Assembly: GCA_035526025.1 (NCBI GenBank)
Contig: DATLDE010000012.1
Span: 20,222 to 84,221, forward strand
Reading direction: 5' to 3'
DNA length: 64,000 bases
From: Candidatus Limnocylindrales bacterium
GTDB lineage: Bacteria; Patescibacteriota; Microgenomatia; Levybacterales; UBA12049
Shown piece by piece: positions 1 to 9,098 of the stretch. Both the position numbers and the translations under genes were made by a program. Numbering within the stretch: position 1 is the stretch's first letter; each line of letters begins with the position of its first letter. The notes beneath the pieces were generated by a model. That model ran no database searches, was not told the DNA's origin, and worked only from the letters and a program-made list of their open reading frames with translations.

Positions 1-491
1 CTTTCCCAGAGATTCTCAGATTTTACGAGTTTGTAAAGAATTGCCTTATCTTTGTCGGCTAAATAATCTCCCAAGATATATCCGGCAGAGGAATCAACCA
101 AGTCCCAATTATTCACTCGCTTTGTATTCTTAAGATAGAAATCTACAATCTTCTTCTTTTCTTGCGCTGCCTGCCCTGAGCCTGCCGAATGGGAGCTTGC
201 CGAAGCATCGACTGCTTTATTATATTTGTATACTAGAATAAATAGAGCAACCAAACGGATCTCATGGAATTTGTTATTCAACATTTCCGAAAGATCCCTC
301 AATTCTAAATCAATATATTTCCTTGCAATCTTTCTTTGCTCGGGAACAGTAATCCCCAAAAATTCATCCCCTTCCCCATACTGTCCTTTTCCTGTTTTGA
401 AAAACCGTAACAAAAACTTCCCTTTTTCCGGATTCTTTAACTCCATTAATTCTTTTGTAATTTTGGAAAGAAAGATATTGCTATATTTCAT
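1..491 (-). CDS. DNA alkylation repair enzyme (AlkD/AlkC-like HEAT-repeat glycosylase), partial; C-terminus beyond window start
   Basis: Minus-strand translation from ATG (revcomp of 489-491) gives MKYSNIFLSKITKELMELKNPEKGKFLLRFFKTGKGQYGEGDEFLGITVPEQRKIARKY..., matching the family N-terminal signature (PEKAxFLxRFFKTGKGxYGEGDxFLGIxVP). No stop before position 1, so it was missed by the ORF track. Confidence 0.6.
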   Translation of the reverse strand, partial: MKYSNIFLSKITKELMELKNPEKGKFLLRFFKTGKGQYGEGDEFLGITVPEQRKIARKYIDLELRDLSEMLNNKFHEIRLVALFILVYKYNKAVDASASSHSAGSGQAAQEKKKIVDFYLKNTKRVNNWDLVDSSAGYILGDYLADKDKAILYKLVKSENLWE

Positions 492-520
492 TTTCTTAAT
501 TTACCATATCCATTAATGTG

Positions 521-548
521 TTGACACACACAAAAGTAAATATAAAAT
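521..548 (+). promoter_or_regulatory. Sigma70-like promoter (TTGACA-16nt-TAAAAT) immediately upstream of the ATG at 557; likely leaderless transcript
   Basis: TTGACA at 521-526 and TAAAAT at 543-548. The ATG at 557 sits ~8 nt downstream of the -10 with no SD. Confidence 0.35.
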
Positions 549-556
549 GTATTTAG

Positions 557-1738
557 ATGTTTAACAGAAATTTTTGGCTTTTCCTGCTTTTATTTCTTGC
601 ACTTAATATCTTGCTCTATTCTTTCATATCCCTTTATCACCATAAAGTACCATTCAGTTCCGATAATTACAAATCAAATGCATATCATTTTTTATCGGAC
701 CCGCGGAGTGAAACAGATAATGATTTTGTTCTTTTGCGAGCATTGGGACAATACGACGCTCAATGGTATTTGAGAATTGCAACTCACGGATATCCAAAAA
801 ATCCCCCCAATGAAAACGTCAGTCTACAAAATGCACAAAACGGTTTATCTTATGCTTTTTTCCCTCTATATCCAGTCTTATTATCAATAACAGATATCCC
901 TATTCAAAACATCGAGCTGACTGCATTCTTGATATCAAATATACTTATGCTTGCAATTTTTGCAAGCCTTTATTTTGTGATACAAAGTTTTTACAATGTA
1001 AATACAGCCGTAAAAACTATCTTCCTCTTGTTTTTGTTTCCTTTTAGCATTTTTTATAGAAGTTATTTTACTGAAGGATTATTTTTACTTATTCTTATAT
1101 GGTTTTTGTATTTCCTGATAAAAAAACGCTTTATTGTATCTGCGGTTTTTCTGGCACTCACTTGCATCACAAGACCCAATGGACTACTTCTAGCCCCTTT
1201 CTTTTTATTTATTATTGCATATGACTACATATGGGAAAGGATCTCTTTAAAAATATTACTTGTATCTCTTTTAATAAGCGCCGTTCCATTTTCTGGGTGG
1301 CTGTTGTTCTGTTACATAAATACTGGTAGTCCTTTTTACTGGGCTAGTGTTCAATCAAACTGGACAAGTAATCAAAATATTTCTTTTCCCCTATTACATA
1401 ACATCGATACTTTTCTGAGGCTCCCCTCCCTTCCTTTGCATACATTCCACGCTTCAAAATTGGAAACTCTAACAGTTGCTTCAGTAGGCATACTATTGGT
1501 TTTAAGCAGGAAGAAATTAAAACCTGAGCTATGGTGGGTTAGCTTTCTATTTTGGCTATTTCCTCTGCTTTTTAAAGACACAATGTCTTATACCAGATAT
1601 CAAATTGTTTCTTTTCCTCTGTTTCTATATCTTGCCCAAAAAACAAACCGTACAGGATTTATTATCTTACTAATACTTTTTAGTATTGGACTATTGTTAC
1701 TGTCTTTATTTTTTATAAATTGGTATTGGGTGGGATAG
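557..1738 (+). CDS. Polytopic integral membrane protein, putative GT-C-type glycosyltransferase/mannosyltransferase-like
   Basis: 393 aa with ~10 hydrophobic helices, F/L/Y-rich. Looks like a DUF2029/PMT-like envelope glycosyltransferase. Function inferred from topology only. Confidence 0.35.
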   Translation: MFNRNFWLFLLLFLALNILLYSFISLYHHKVPFSSDNYKSNAYHFLSDPRSETDNDFVLLRALGQYDAQWYLRIATHGYPKNPPNENVSLQNAQNGLSYAFFPLYPVLLSITDIPIQNIELTAFLISNILMLAIFASLYFVIQSFYNVNTAVKTIFLLFLFPFSIFYRSYFTEGLFLLILIWFLYFLIKKRFIVSAVFLALTCITRPNGLLLAPFFLFIIAYDYIWERISLKILLVSLLISAVPFSGWLLFCYINTGSPFYWASVQSNWTSNQNISFPLLHNIDTFLRLPSLPLHTFHASKLETLTVASVGILLVLSRKKLKPELWWVSFLFWLFPLLFKDTMSYTRYQIVSFPLFLYLAQKTNRTGFIILLILFSIGLLLLSLFFINWYWVG

Positions 1739-1768
1739 GATATGTTATACTAAGATCAATCTGCTCAT

Positions 1769-2947
1769 ATGAAATTTGTTGATGAAGTTGAAATAAAAAA
1801 TAAAAGAATTCTTCTCCGCGTGGACTTTAACGTTTCTCTTAATCCCAATCACTCAATCGCTGATGACGCACGGATCAAGCAATCCCTCCCAACTATTGAA
1901 TACCTTCTCAAAGGGAATAACAAACTTATACTAATTGCACATCTTGGAGAGCCTGAAAAAAGAAACGCAGCTGATTCCCTGATGCGCGTGAAAAATCGAC
2001 TTCACGAATATCTGCCAAAATACAAGATTAACTTCGTTGAGGATTTTCTAAAAAATCCTGATACAGCAACCCAAAACGATGCAGAGATTACGATGCTTGA
2101 GAATATCAGATTTTATGAAGGTGAAACAAAAAACGATCCGGAATTTGCCAAACAACTTGCAAGCCTGGGTGAGGTCTATGTAAATGACGGATTCAGTGTC
2201 AGTCACCGATCCCATGCTTCTGTCACAGGACTGGCATCTGTCCTCCCCTCTTATGGTGGACTACTTCTCAAAAAAGAAATTACCAATTTAACCAAATTAA
2301 CTGAGCACCCTAAAAAACCTTTTGTTGCCATAATGGGCGGAAAGAAAATCACAACTAAAATAAAGTTCATAAACAAACTCATTACTCTTGCAGATTATTT
2401 GCTTCTGGGCGGTGGACTGGCAAATACTTTTCTCGTTGCAGAAGGAAACAATCTGGGAGATAGTCTAGTCTCAGAAGACGATTTAAAACTCGCAAAACAA
2501 ATCCTCTCGCACGCCAAAAAAGAAAACACACAAATCATATTGCCAAAAGACGGAGTGGTGGCAAACGATATCCATAGTCATACCAGTGAGGTCAGAAAAA
2601 TATCAGAGATCAAACCAAAAGACGAAATTCTTGATATCGGTCCTGAAACAGAAGCGGAGTTTGGTAAAATCATAGATGATGCTGCAACCATTGTCTGGAA
2701 CGGACCAGTGGGTTACATGGAAAATCCGGTATTCAAAAGAGGTACTGACTTTCTTTACTATTCTATAACTGAGAATACTAAAGCCATATCAGTTATAGGA
2801 GGCGGCGACACACTTGCTGCAATTTCCAAAAAAGAATATCTTGATAAAATAACTCACATCTCAACAGGAGGCGGCGCAATGCTTGAATTCATCGAAAACG
2901 GCACCCTCCCCGGCATTGAGGCATTAAATCATGCAGACAGATCTTAA
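1769..2947 (+). CDS. pgk: Phosphoglycerate kinase
   Basis: N-terminal RVDFNVSL motif, FVAIMGGKKITTKI, GGGLANTFL, WNGPVGYMENPVF and GGGDT motifs; 392 aa. Confidence 0.93.
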   Translation: MKFVDEVEIKNKRILLRVDFNVSLNPNHSIADDARIKQSLPTIEYLLKGNNKLILIAHLGEPEKRNAADSLMRVKNRLHEYLPKYKINFVEDFLKNPDTATQNDAEITMLENIRFYEGETKNDPEFAKQLASLGEVYVNDGFSVSHRSHASVTGLASVLPSYGGLLLKKEITNLTKLTEHPKKPFVAIMGGKKITTKIKFINKLITLADYLLLGGGLANTFLVAEGNNLGDSLVSEDDLKLAKQILSHAKKENTQIILPKDGVVANDIHSHTSEVRKISEIKPKDEILDIGPETEAEFGKIIDDAATIVWNGPVGYMENPVFKRGTDFLYYSITENTKAISVIGGGDTLAAISKKEYLDKITHISTGGGAMLEFIENGTLPGIEALNHADRS

Positions 2948-3620
2948 ACTGATTATTGAGCAGATAACTACTAACTCTCTTTTTGCACGACTTAAAGATA
3001 TTCAGCAAAATCATAAAGGTTGGCATGACCATGAAAGCATTTTTGATCACAGTGTAAAAACAGCTGATATTGCCAAAATTGTCTGTGAGGGTGATTTCAT
3101 AACAAATCCTCAAGCAGATCAATTATTTTCAGATTGGATAAATGAAGATCTTTATAGGTTAAAACGCAAAGAGATTGTTGTGCTCACAGCACTTGTTCAT
3201 GATTGCGGCAAAATCCTAAACACTCGCGATGAGGAACAATTCTCAACACTATCTGTCCAAAAACCCAATTATCAAAATCAGAATATATTCCCAGGACATG
3301 AATACTGGGGAGGAGAATTGGTTGTCCCTAAAATTCTTAAGGATACAGATCTTCCCTCAGGGGCCAAACAATTAATCGCATCGGTTGTTAAGCAACATGG
3401 TGTTTTTTCTGATTTTTTTAATTCAAGGAAAGACTGGCCAATTAAAGATCTTATTAATTTTGTTAAATCCCAAGCTGAGGGATATTATATGGAATCATTG
3501 TTCAACATGTATTGTGATGGATTCACAGCTTCTGGATTTTTATATGGCAAAAAAAGAATAGAAGAATTATTTAATGAATCTACTCTGTATATAAAACGTG
3601 AATATTTTATTACTGAATAA
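2931..3620 (+). CDS. HD-domain phosphohydrolase
   Basis: H...HD signature (HDHESIFDHS ... ALVHDCGK). Overlaps the pgk 3' end by 17 nt. Confidence 0.55.
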   Translation: MQTDLKLIIEQITTNSLFARLKDIQQNHKGWHDHESIFDHSVKTADIAKIVCEGDFITNPQADQLFSDWINEDLYRLKRKEIVVLTALVHDCGKILNTRDEEQFSTLSVQKPNYQNQNIFPGHEYWGGELVVPKILKDTDLPSGAKQLIASVVKQHGVFSDFFNSRKDWPIKDLINFVKSQAEGYYMESLFNMYCDGFTASGFLYGKKRIEELFNESTLYIKREYFITE

Positions 3621-3641
3621 TAAATCTGTTATAATTATTTT

Positions 3642-4346
3642 ATGGATATTCTCACCTTTGTGCTTCATCTTGACGAACATCTTACCAACATCGTTAATCA
3701 ATTTGGCACCCTCACTTATGGACTTATTTTTCTTGTCATTTTTGCAGAAACAGGATTTGTCGTCACCCCTTTTCTACCCGGAGATTCACTTCTTTTTGCA
3801 GTCGGTGCACTTTCAGCTTCTGGAATTCTTAATATTTGGATTATTTATTTTTTACTTCTTGCTGCAGCCATACTTGGAGATACTGCCAATTACTGGATCG
3901 GGAAAAGAATAGGACCCAAAGTGTTTTCAAAGAAAAATTCAAGAATATTCAATCAAGAATATCTGGCCAAAACGGAAAATTATTATGCCAAATATGGTGG
4001 GAAAACAATTATTATCGCCCGTTTTCTTCCGATAGTTAGAACTTTCGCTCCCTTTGTTGCAGGTGTGGGAAGAATGAACTACAAAACCTTTTTTCTCTAT
4101 AACGTAATTGGGGGATTTATCTGGGTCACAACTTTTGTTTGGTTAGGGTTTTTCTTCGGGAGAATCCAAATCATAAAAGATAATTTTGAATTTGCAGTAA
4201 TAGGCATAATCCTCTTCTCCTTAATTCCTGTTGTCTATGAATACATTAGCCATAAAAAAGATAAATCCAACCATAAGAAGACTGATAATGAAGTCTCTTA
4301 CAAAGACGTTAAGAAGACATTTGAAAAAGAAAACTTCAAAGATTAA
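3642..4346 (+). CDS. DedA/SNARE-associated family membrane protein
   Basis: Canonical DedA motif GLIFLVIFAETGFVVTPFLPGDSLLFAVGAL with multiple TM helices and a K-rich C-terminal tail. Confidence 0.85.
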   Translation: MDILTFVLHLDEHLTNIVNQFGTLTYGLIFLVIFAETGFVVTPFLPGDSLLFAVGALSASGILNIWIIYFLLLAAAILGDTANYWIGKRIGPKVFSKKNSRIFNQEYLAKTENYYAKYGGKTIIIARFLPIVRTFAPFVAGVGRMNYKTFFLYNVIGGFIWVTTFVWLGFFFGRIQIIKDNFEFAVIGIILFSLIPVVYEYISHKKDKSNHKKTDNEVSYKDVKKTFEKENFKD

Positions 4347-5206
4347 TATTTCGAACTTGCAACGCTGTATGTAATCCCATCCGAGGAGATTCTTATACTT
4401 CCCTGTTTATCTGTCCTAAATGTTTTTATATTACCAGTTTTTAAAAAGCCCAAGATGTTTGGAGCAGGGTGCTTGTATCTATTCTTGTCACCAACTGATA
4501 TGACAGCGAGCTCAGGTTTTGTAACATTTAAAAACTCAGAATCAAACCCAGTACGTGATCCGTGGTGCGGAACTTTCAGTACGTCTATATCTCCTACGAT
4601 ATTATCTACTAAATCCTCTACTCCCTCGCCTGCATCACCTGTTAATAGAAGCTGAAAGTCTTTGTATGATAATAGTCCAACCACTGAATTATCATTTGGG
4701 TCTGTGCTCAGAATTGTCTTGCTCAAATCACAACTCCTAGGCCAAAGAATCTCAAAGCTTACTCCGCTTTTTAAAGAAAATTTATCTCCCTGACAAATAA
4801 AGCGCTTTGGAATCTTTTGGTTATCCAAAATCCCAGCCAATGCCTTATATCCCGAGTCTGATTCCCGAACAAGAGACGATGCGAACGAAAGCACTTTATA
4901 ACTCTTGGCAATACTTATGAGTCCCGTGTAGTGATCTGCATGCGGGTGCGTCAGAATCATCAGCTCAATTTCCCGATCCCAAAAAGGCATGTTTTCGCTT
5001 AGACAAAGCAAGATGCTATTATCAGGTCCACCATCAACTATGATATCTTGTCCCTCAGGAGTCCTGATATATATCCCGTCCCCCTGCCCAACATCACAAA
5101 AAACCACTTTTAGCTTTCCGTTATTAATTTCTTTGTCTTGATAAATAAAAAGCAATAAAAATGATATTAAAAACAACAACGTGAGAAATATTCTCTTTTT
5201 ACTCAT
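4343..5206 (-). CDS. ComEC/Rec2-related metallo-beta-lactamase fold protein (standalone), N-terminal membrane anchor
   Basis: VVFCDVGQGDGIYI ... ILTHPHADHYTGL ... VLKVPHHGS motifs typical of the ComEC C-terminal MBL domain, plus a signal/TM N-terminus. Confidence 0.75.
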   Translation of the reverse strand: MSKKRIFLTLLFLISFLLLFIYQDKEINNGKLKVVFCDVGQGDGIYIRTPEGQDIIVDGGPDNSILLCLSENMPFWDREIELMILTHPHADHYTGLISIAKSYKVLSFASSLVRESDSGYKALAGILDNQKIPKRFICQGDKFSLKSGVSFEILWPRSCDLSKTILSTDPNDNSVVGLLSYKDFQLLLTGDAGEGVEDLVDNIVGDIDVLKVPHHGSRTGFDSEFLNVTKPELAVISVGDKNRYKHPAPNILGFLKTGNIKTFRTDKQGSIRISSDGITYSVASSKY

Positions 5207-5246
5207 TTTCTTTATTGTAAATCAAAAATGAATATTTTCTGCTATA

Positions 5247-6194
5247 ATGTCATTTATGAAAAAGCAAACAAGTAAGAAGTCAGTCAAAAATAAAGCAGTA
5301 GTAAAAAAAACTTTGGCAAGAAAAGTCAAAACACCTGCTAGCAAAATAAAAGCCGTGGAAGCAAAATCAACTGTTAAAGAACAGGTTCTACCAATTGTCT
5401 TTACCGTAATCACAGCAGCTTTCCTGATTGCTGTAATTTATCTTGAGATAATCACGCTAAACATTTTTACCCCAACTGATATCCTGACCAAGATCCAATT
5501 GAGTGATATACTGATAGGGTTGACAATTTATCTTAAGACATCAGTCGACTTTGCAATCTTCATCGGTAATTTGATGGCTTCGTACCATGGATGGAAAAAC
5601 AGGATCTCAATTGAAATAGGAACAGCAGTTGGAAATGCACTGGGAACAGTCATAATACTGGCAATTTGGGATTTCTTTAAAGAAATAAAGCTACTTCTTG
5701 CTGCTATGATCCTTATTGCAGCTCTAGTACTCCTCAAGCTTGCTGAGGAGAGCCTTTCACACGTTAAAGACCAGGAAGTCGGTGCCAAGGAGCGATTATT
5801 GACAATTGCCAAAAGAATTGAAACCGTCCTTTCCCCGATAAATAAATTCCTGCATGGCGGACTAAAATACATAATGCCAAATCTCTCCATGAAGCCTAAG
5901 CTGAATTTAACTTTTTGGGGGTTACTCGCAACATCATTCACAATTCCATTCATCCTCGGGCTTGATGACTTCGCAGGATATGTTCCGGTATTTAATATTG
6001 TTAATGTTTTTGGCTTTTCAATTGGAGTTATTGTCGGACATATGATTTTAAATATTTTTCTTTTCATCTCACCAGCCAACACTATCAAGGCAGTTAAAAA
6101 TCCGGTTGTGTCAGTTCTCGGAAGCCTCGCTTTCATCGGCCTTGCGATTTGGGGATTCTACGAAGTATTCAATATCCTATTCCTGGGTCACTAG
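5247..6194 (+). CDS. Hypothetical integral membrane protein with lysine-rich N-terminus
   Basis: 315 aa with a K-rich N-terminal ~45 aa followed by ~7 TM helices. The antisense ORF 5528..6136 looks non-coding by composition. Confidence 0.4.
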   Translation: MSFMKKQTSKKSVKNKAVVKKTLARKVKTPASKIKAVEAKSTVKEQVLPIVFTVITAAFLIAVIYLEIITLNIFTPTDILTKIQLSDILIGLTIYLKTSVDFAIFIGNLMASYHGWKNRISIEIGTAVGNALGTVIILAIWDFFKEIKLLLAAMILIAALVLLKLAEESLSHVKDQEVGAKERLLTIAKRIETVLSPINKFLHGGLKYIMPNLSMKPKLNLTFWGLLATSFTIPFILGLDDFAGYVPVFNIVNVFGFSIGVIVGHMILNIFLFISPANTIKAVKNPVVSVLGSLAFIGLAIWGFYEVFNILFLGH

Positions 6195-6199
6195 GCTTA

Positions 6200-8902
6200 C
6201 TATTTCTGAGAGAATTTTAAATTTACTTCCCTGTCTTCCGACAAGAGAGTTTCATAAATGACTCTTCCCCCTAAATCAATTGCCCCATTTTCAACGCTGA
6301 TTGCCTTGAATTTGGCAGGGTAAGAGAAGGTCAGCTTATAGGGATCCTCAACCGTTCCGGGTTGCTTAAAAAGCATTGTATTGTATGAAAAAGCAGACGA
6401 GTTGATATTGACTGCTTGGGACGGAAGATATCTTATCTCAACTTTTTTGGTAGTGGATATCGGCACAGTCATAAAAAAAGCTATGACTTCTTTTCCCCCG
6501 ACCTTACTACTCTCTACTTCAACTTCCTGATCTAGTAAAGCATTATTAACAGATCTATTAACTGAATTGGTAACCGCATCAACAATTTCAAGATTTTTCC
6601 CGTCAATTGCAATAGAGCGCAAATCAGCACCATTTGGCAGAAGGAACCTCAAGTAATTTTTGTACTCTCCCCCGAACTTACTATCCTTCTTACTGGTATT
6701 CTCATATGTAATAGTCGCTGTTGCTTCCAATCCTCCGCTATCTGTTACCCTGATGTCTTGCGCAATCGAGCGTTTTAAATAGTAATTTCCTTTATTTGCG
6801 CCTATATTGGCGTCCACTGTGCCGAAGAAATCGGAAAAGGAATTTTGACCGGTTACTTTTATGTCACGAAGCGTGCTTGAAAGATTATTTACTGAGAAAA
6901 CTTCCTGAATTGCCGTATCAGAAAAAGCCATAAGCAAATGTTTTTCTTTAATTGATTTTTCAGCAGCCTTGGAAAGATTAAGATAAGAAAAATTATTTTT
7001 GCTAGAACCTTTATCTATCATGCTGTTAAGAAGTGCTCTTAGAAAATCTTTTTTCTGAGTCGAGCCGGGGAAGAAATTATCCTCTGCGTGCTTCTGGGTC
7101 AGGATATAAAAATTATCTGCGCTGACATCCTCTTTATAATCCTCAACCCTAACTGTTCCTAGTACCTCAAGGATGTTTTTAATGAAATTTGTGTCAATTG
7201 CAATCACACCGTCAACATTTTCCCCAACAGAGCGCATAAGTAGATCTGCAGATGCCGCTGCATTGGTCACAAAATCAACGTCAAAGTTACTGTCTCTCAA
7301 AAACCAGTGAGTTACACCTCCATAACGCTTGAGCCCATATGGCGGCTCTACATGAGTTGTGAGCTTGCCGTCTGCATCATAAACATCATGTATTTTAATC
7401 TGGGGAATTTTCCCGTTTTCTATATCTGCAATTGCGTATGAACCGATGAATCCCCCACCTGGGCGAATTTCCATGTTATTCTGAAACAGAACAAGATACT
7501 TCTTTTTTCCCTCAAAACCTAACAATGTGGGCAGCGTGTCAATCGTGTTCTCAAAAAGAGTCAGCATGAATCCAGCGCTATCAAGTTTTTTTACTACCTC
7601 TTGTGGAAGCTGGTTCTGAGCTTTCATTTCCTCAAGCTTAAGCAAAGAATTCTTGGTATTTGAAAGCGCATTTTGAAACTCAACAGGCGTTATCGGTTTT
7701 TCAGACTGATTATAAATGTCACTAAATGTGTTTAGTGATGCAAATAAATTACCCCCAATTTCTGAGACATGCTTACCAGACCGTAAGCTTTGAACAATAT
7801 TGCTTTTTGTTGCCCCCACAACATCAAGAACAACATAATTCTGCGTTGCGAATTCTGAAGCAGCAAAGGCATTCCGTGAGAACTTTGAATACTCGCTTGC
7901 GCTTTTGAACTTGCCGCTTTCTGCCTGCTTGAGGGCTATAGAAAGCAATATCGCTCCCATGAGAAAAGCGATTAGAATAACTGCAAGCGGCAAGGCAAAA
8001 ACTCCGATAATAACCAGCCAGATCGTTTTGAAGCTAAAACGTTTTTGCGTTGGTGCATCCGTAATCTTTCTCTCAGGAACCGATGACTCCCCTCCCTGAT
8101 GACTTAAGCTAATTTGCCTTAGCCCATTTTCAAGATCATATGACTTGAACACATACTTCCCATCCGCTGGAATAAAGTATTGTGGATTTCTAAGTTTTCT
8201 TTTACTGAAGTCTATTTTTAGAGTAGGGTTAATTTTTTGAAATATCCTGGCAACTGTCATCTCGCTTATTGGGAATCTGGGAAATACAAATATTCTTTTA
8301 TCAATTGTGTCTTGTGAGAAAGCGCTGGCAATTATTACAGCGAGTAGGTCATTGATAAAGACAGGGTACAATTTCCCTATACCCTCATTTGGGATCTCCA
8401 GTCTTCCGTATTTTCTCGCCTGATAAATGAACAGATTAACCATATTTCCGATACTTATCAGCTCATCAAAGACTTCACCATAAACAACAACATGCATTGC
8501 GTGATAAAGATGATTGGAAAGTCTGGCAAAAAGAGATTTGCTACTGTTAAGAAGTGGTGTTAAAAAGAACACTTTTCCTTTTGACGAATTTGCTTTTGTC
8601 ATCAATGCCGGAAGCATTGAAAGAATTTCCTCTTCACCATTATAAAAAACAAAAATGTGTGAGTATGAGTTATCAGGAATAATAGGGGTTTTTTTACGGA
8701 AAGGGATGTGGATAATATTATTGTGAAATTCAAGCTCTTTACCGCTGACCAGAACGACAAGGAATTGCTCTTTTAATTTGTTGGCCAGTGCTGATCCGAC
8801 AAATCCTTTTTTATCAATTACAAGAACTGGTAGGGCATTATTTTCTTCGGTCGCGACAAGACGTGGGCGGTCCCTTTTCATTTCATACTTATCATACAAC
8901 AT
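6200..8902 (-). CDS. Large membrane-anchored protein: cytoplasmic Rossmann-like N-domain + TM + DUF4012-like extracytoplasmic domain
   Basis: 900 aa. N-terminal VIDKKGFVGSALANKL looks like a degenerate SDR glycine-rich motif. A single TM (IWLVIIGVFALPLAVILIAFLMGAILL) is followed by a large domain with a MEIRPGGGFIGSYA motif that resembles DUF4012 (from memory). Confidence 0.5.
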   Translation of the reverse strand: MLYDKYEMKRDRPRLVATEENNALPVLVIDKKGFVGSALANKLKEQFLVVLVSGKELEFHNNIIHIPFRKKTPIIPDNSYSHIFVFYNGEEEILSMLPALMTKANSSKGKVFFLTPLLNSSKSLFARLSNHLYHAMHVVVYGEVFDELISIGNMVNLFIYQARKYGRLEIPNEGIGKLYPVFINDLLAVIIASAFSQDTIDKRIFVFPRFPISEMTVARIFQKINPTLKIDFSKRKLRNPQYFIPADGKYVFKSYDLENGLRQISLSHQGGESSVPERKITDAPTQKRFSFKTIWLVIIGVFALPLAVILIAFLMGAILLSIALKQAESGKFKSASEYSKFSRNAFAASEFATQNYVVLDVVGATKSNIVQSLRSGKHVSEIGGNLFASLNTFSDIYNQSEKPITPVEFQNALSNTKNSLLKLEEMKAQNQLPQEVVKKLDSAGFMLTLFENTIDTLPTLLGFEGKKKYLVLFQNNMEIRPGGGFIGSYAIADIENGKIPQIKIHDVYDADGKLTTHVEPPYGLKRYGGVTHWFLRDSNFDVDFVTNAAASADLLMRSVGENVDGVIAIDTNFIKNILEVLGTVRVEDYKEDVSADNFYILTQKHAEDNFFPGSTQKKDFLRALLNSMIDKGSSKNNFSYLNLSKAAEKSIKEKHLLMAFSDTAIQEVFSVNNLSSTLRDIKVTGQNSFSDFFGTVDANIGANKGNYYLKRSIAQDIRVTDSGGLEATATITYENTSKKDSKFGGEYKNYLRFLLPNGADLRSIAIDGKNLEIVDAVTNSVNRSVNNALLDQEVEVESSKVGGKEVIAFFMTVPISTTKKVEIRYLPSQAVNINSSAFSYNTMLFKQPGTVEDPYKLTFSYPAKFKAISVENGAIDLGGRVIYETLLSEDREVNLKFSQK

Positions 8903-9098
8903 GAAAACTCAAAAATTCAAAGTGAAAAGTTTCACAGATTTAATGTTGCAGGTTGTATAATTTTCATTTATTAGGTTCAGGCATTGATAAAAAATACTAG
9001 AATGGCTTGTGTTGACAATCAAATCTTCCAGAAATTTTCTAGTCCTGGTAAATTAAAGATTCAATAATGAATAGTGTTTTCACGAAGAATTAATCAGT

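Noticed and set aside
226-516. 96-aa plus-strand ORF from the ORF track
   Set aside because: It lies entirely antisense to a well-supported minus-strand DNA alkylation repair gene (1-491), and the translated sequence has no protein-like features.
5528-6136. 202-aa minus-strand ORF
   Set aside because: It is antisense within the plus-strand membrane-protein gene 5247-6194, which has coherent TM helices. The minus ORF translation is Ser/Thr/Pro-rich junk.
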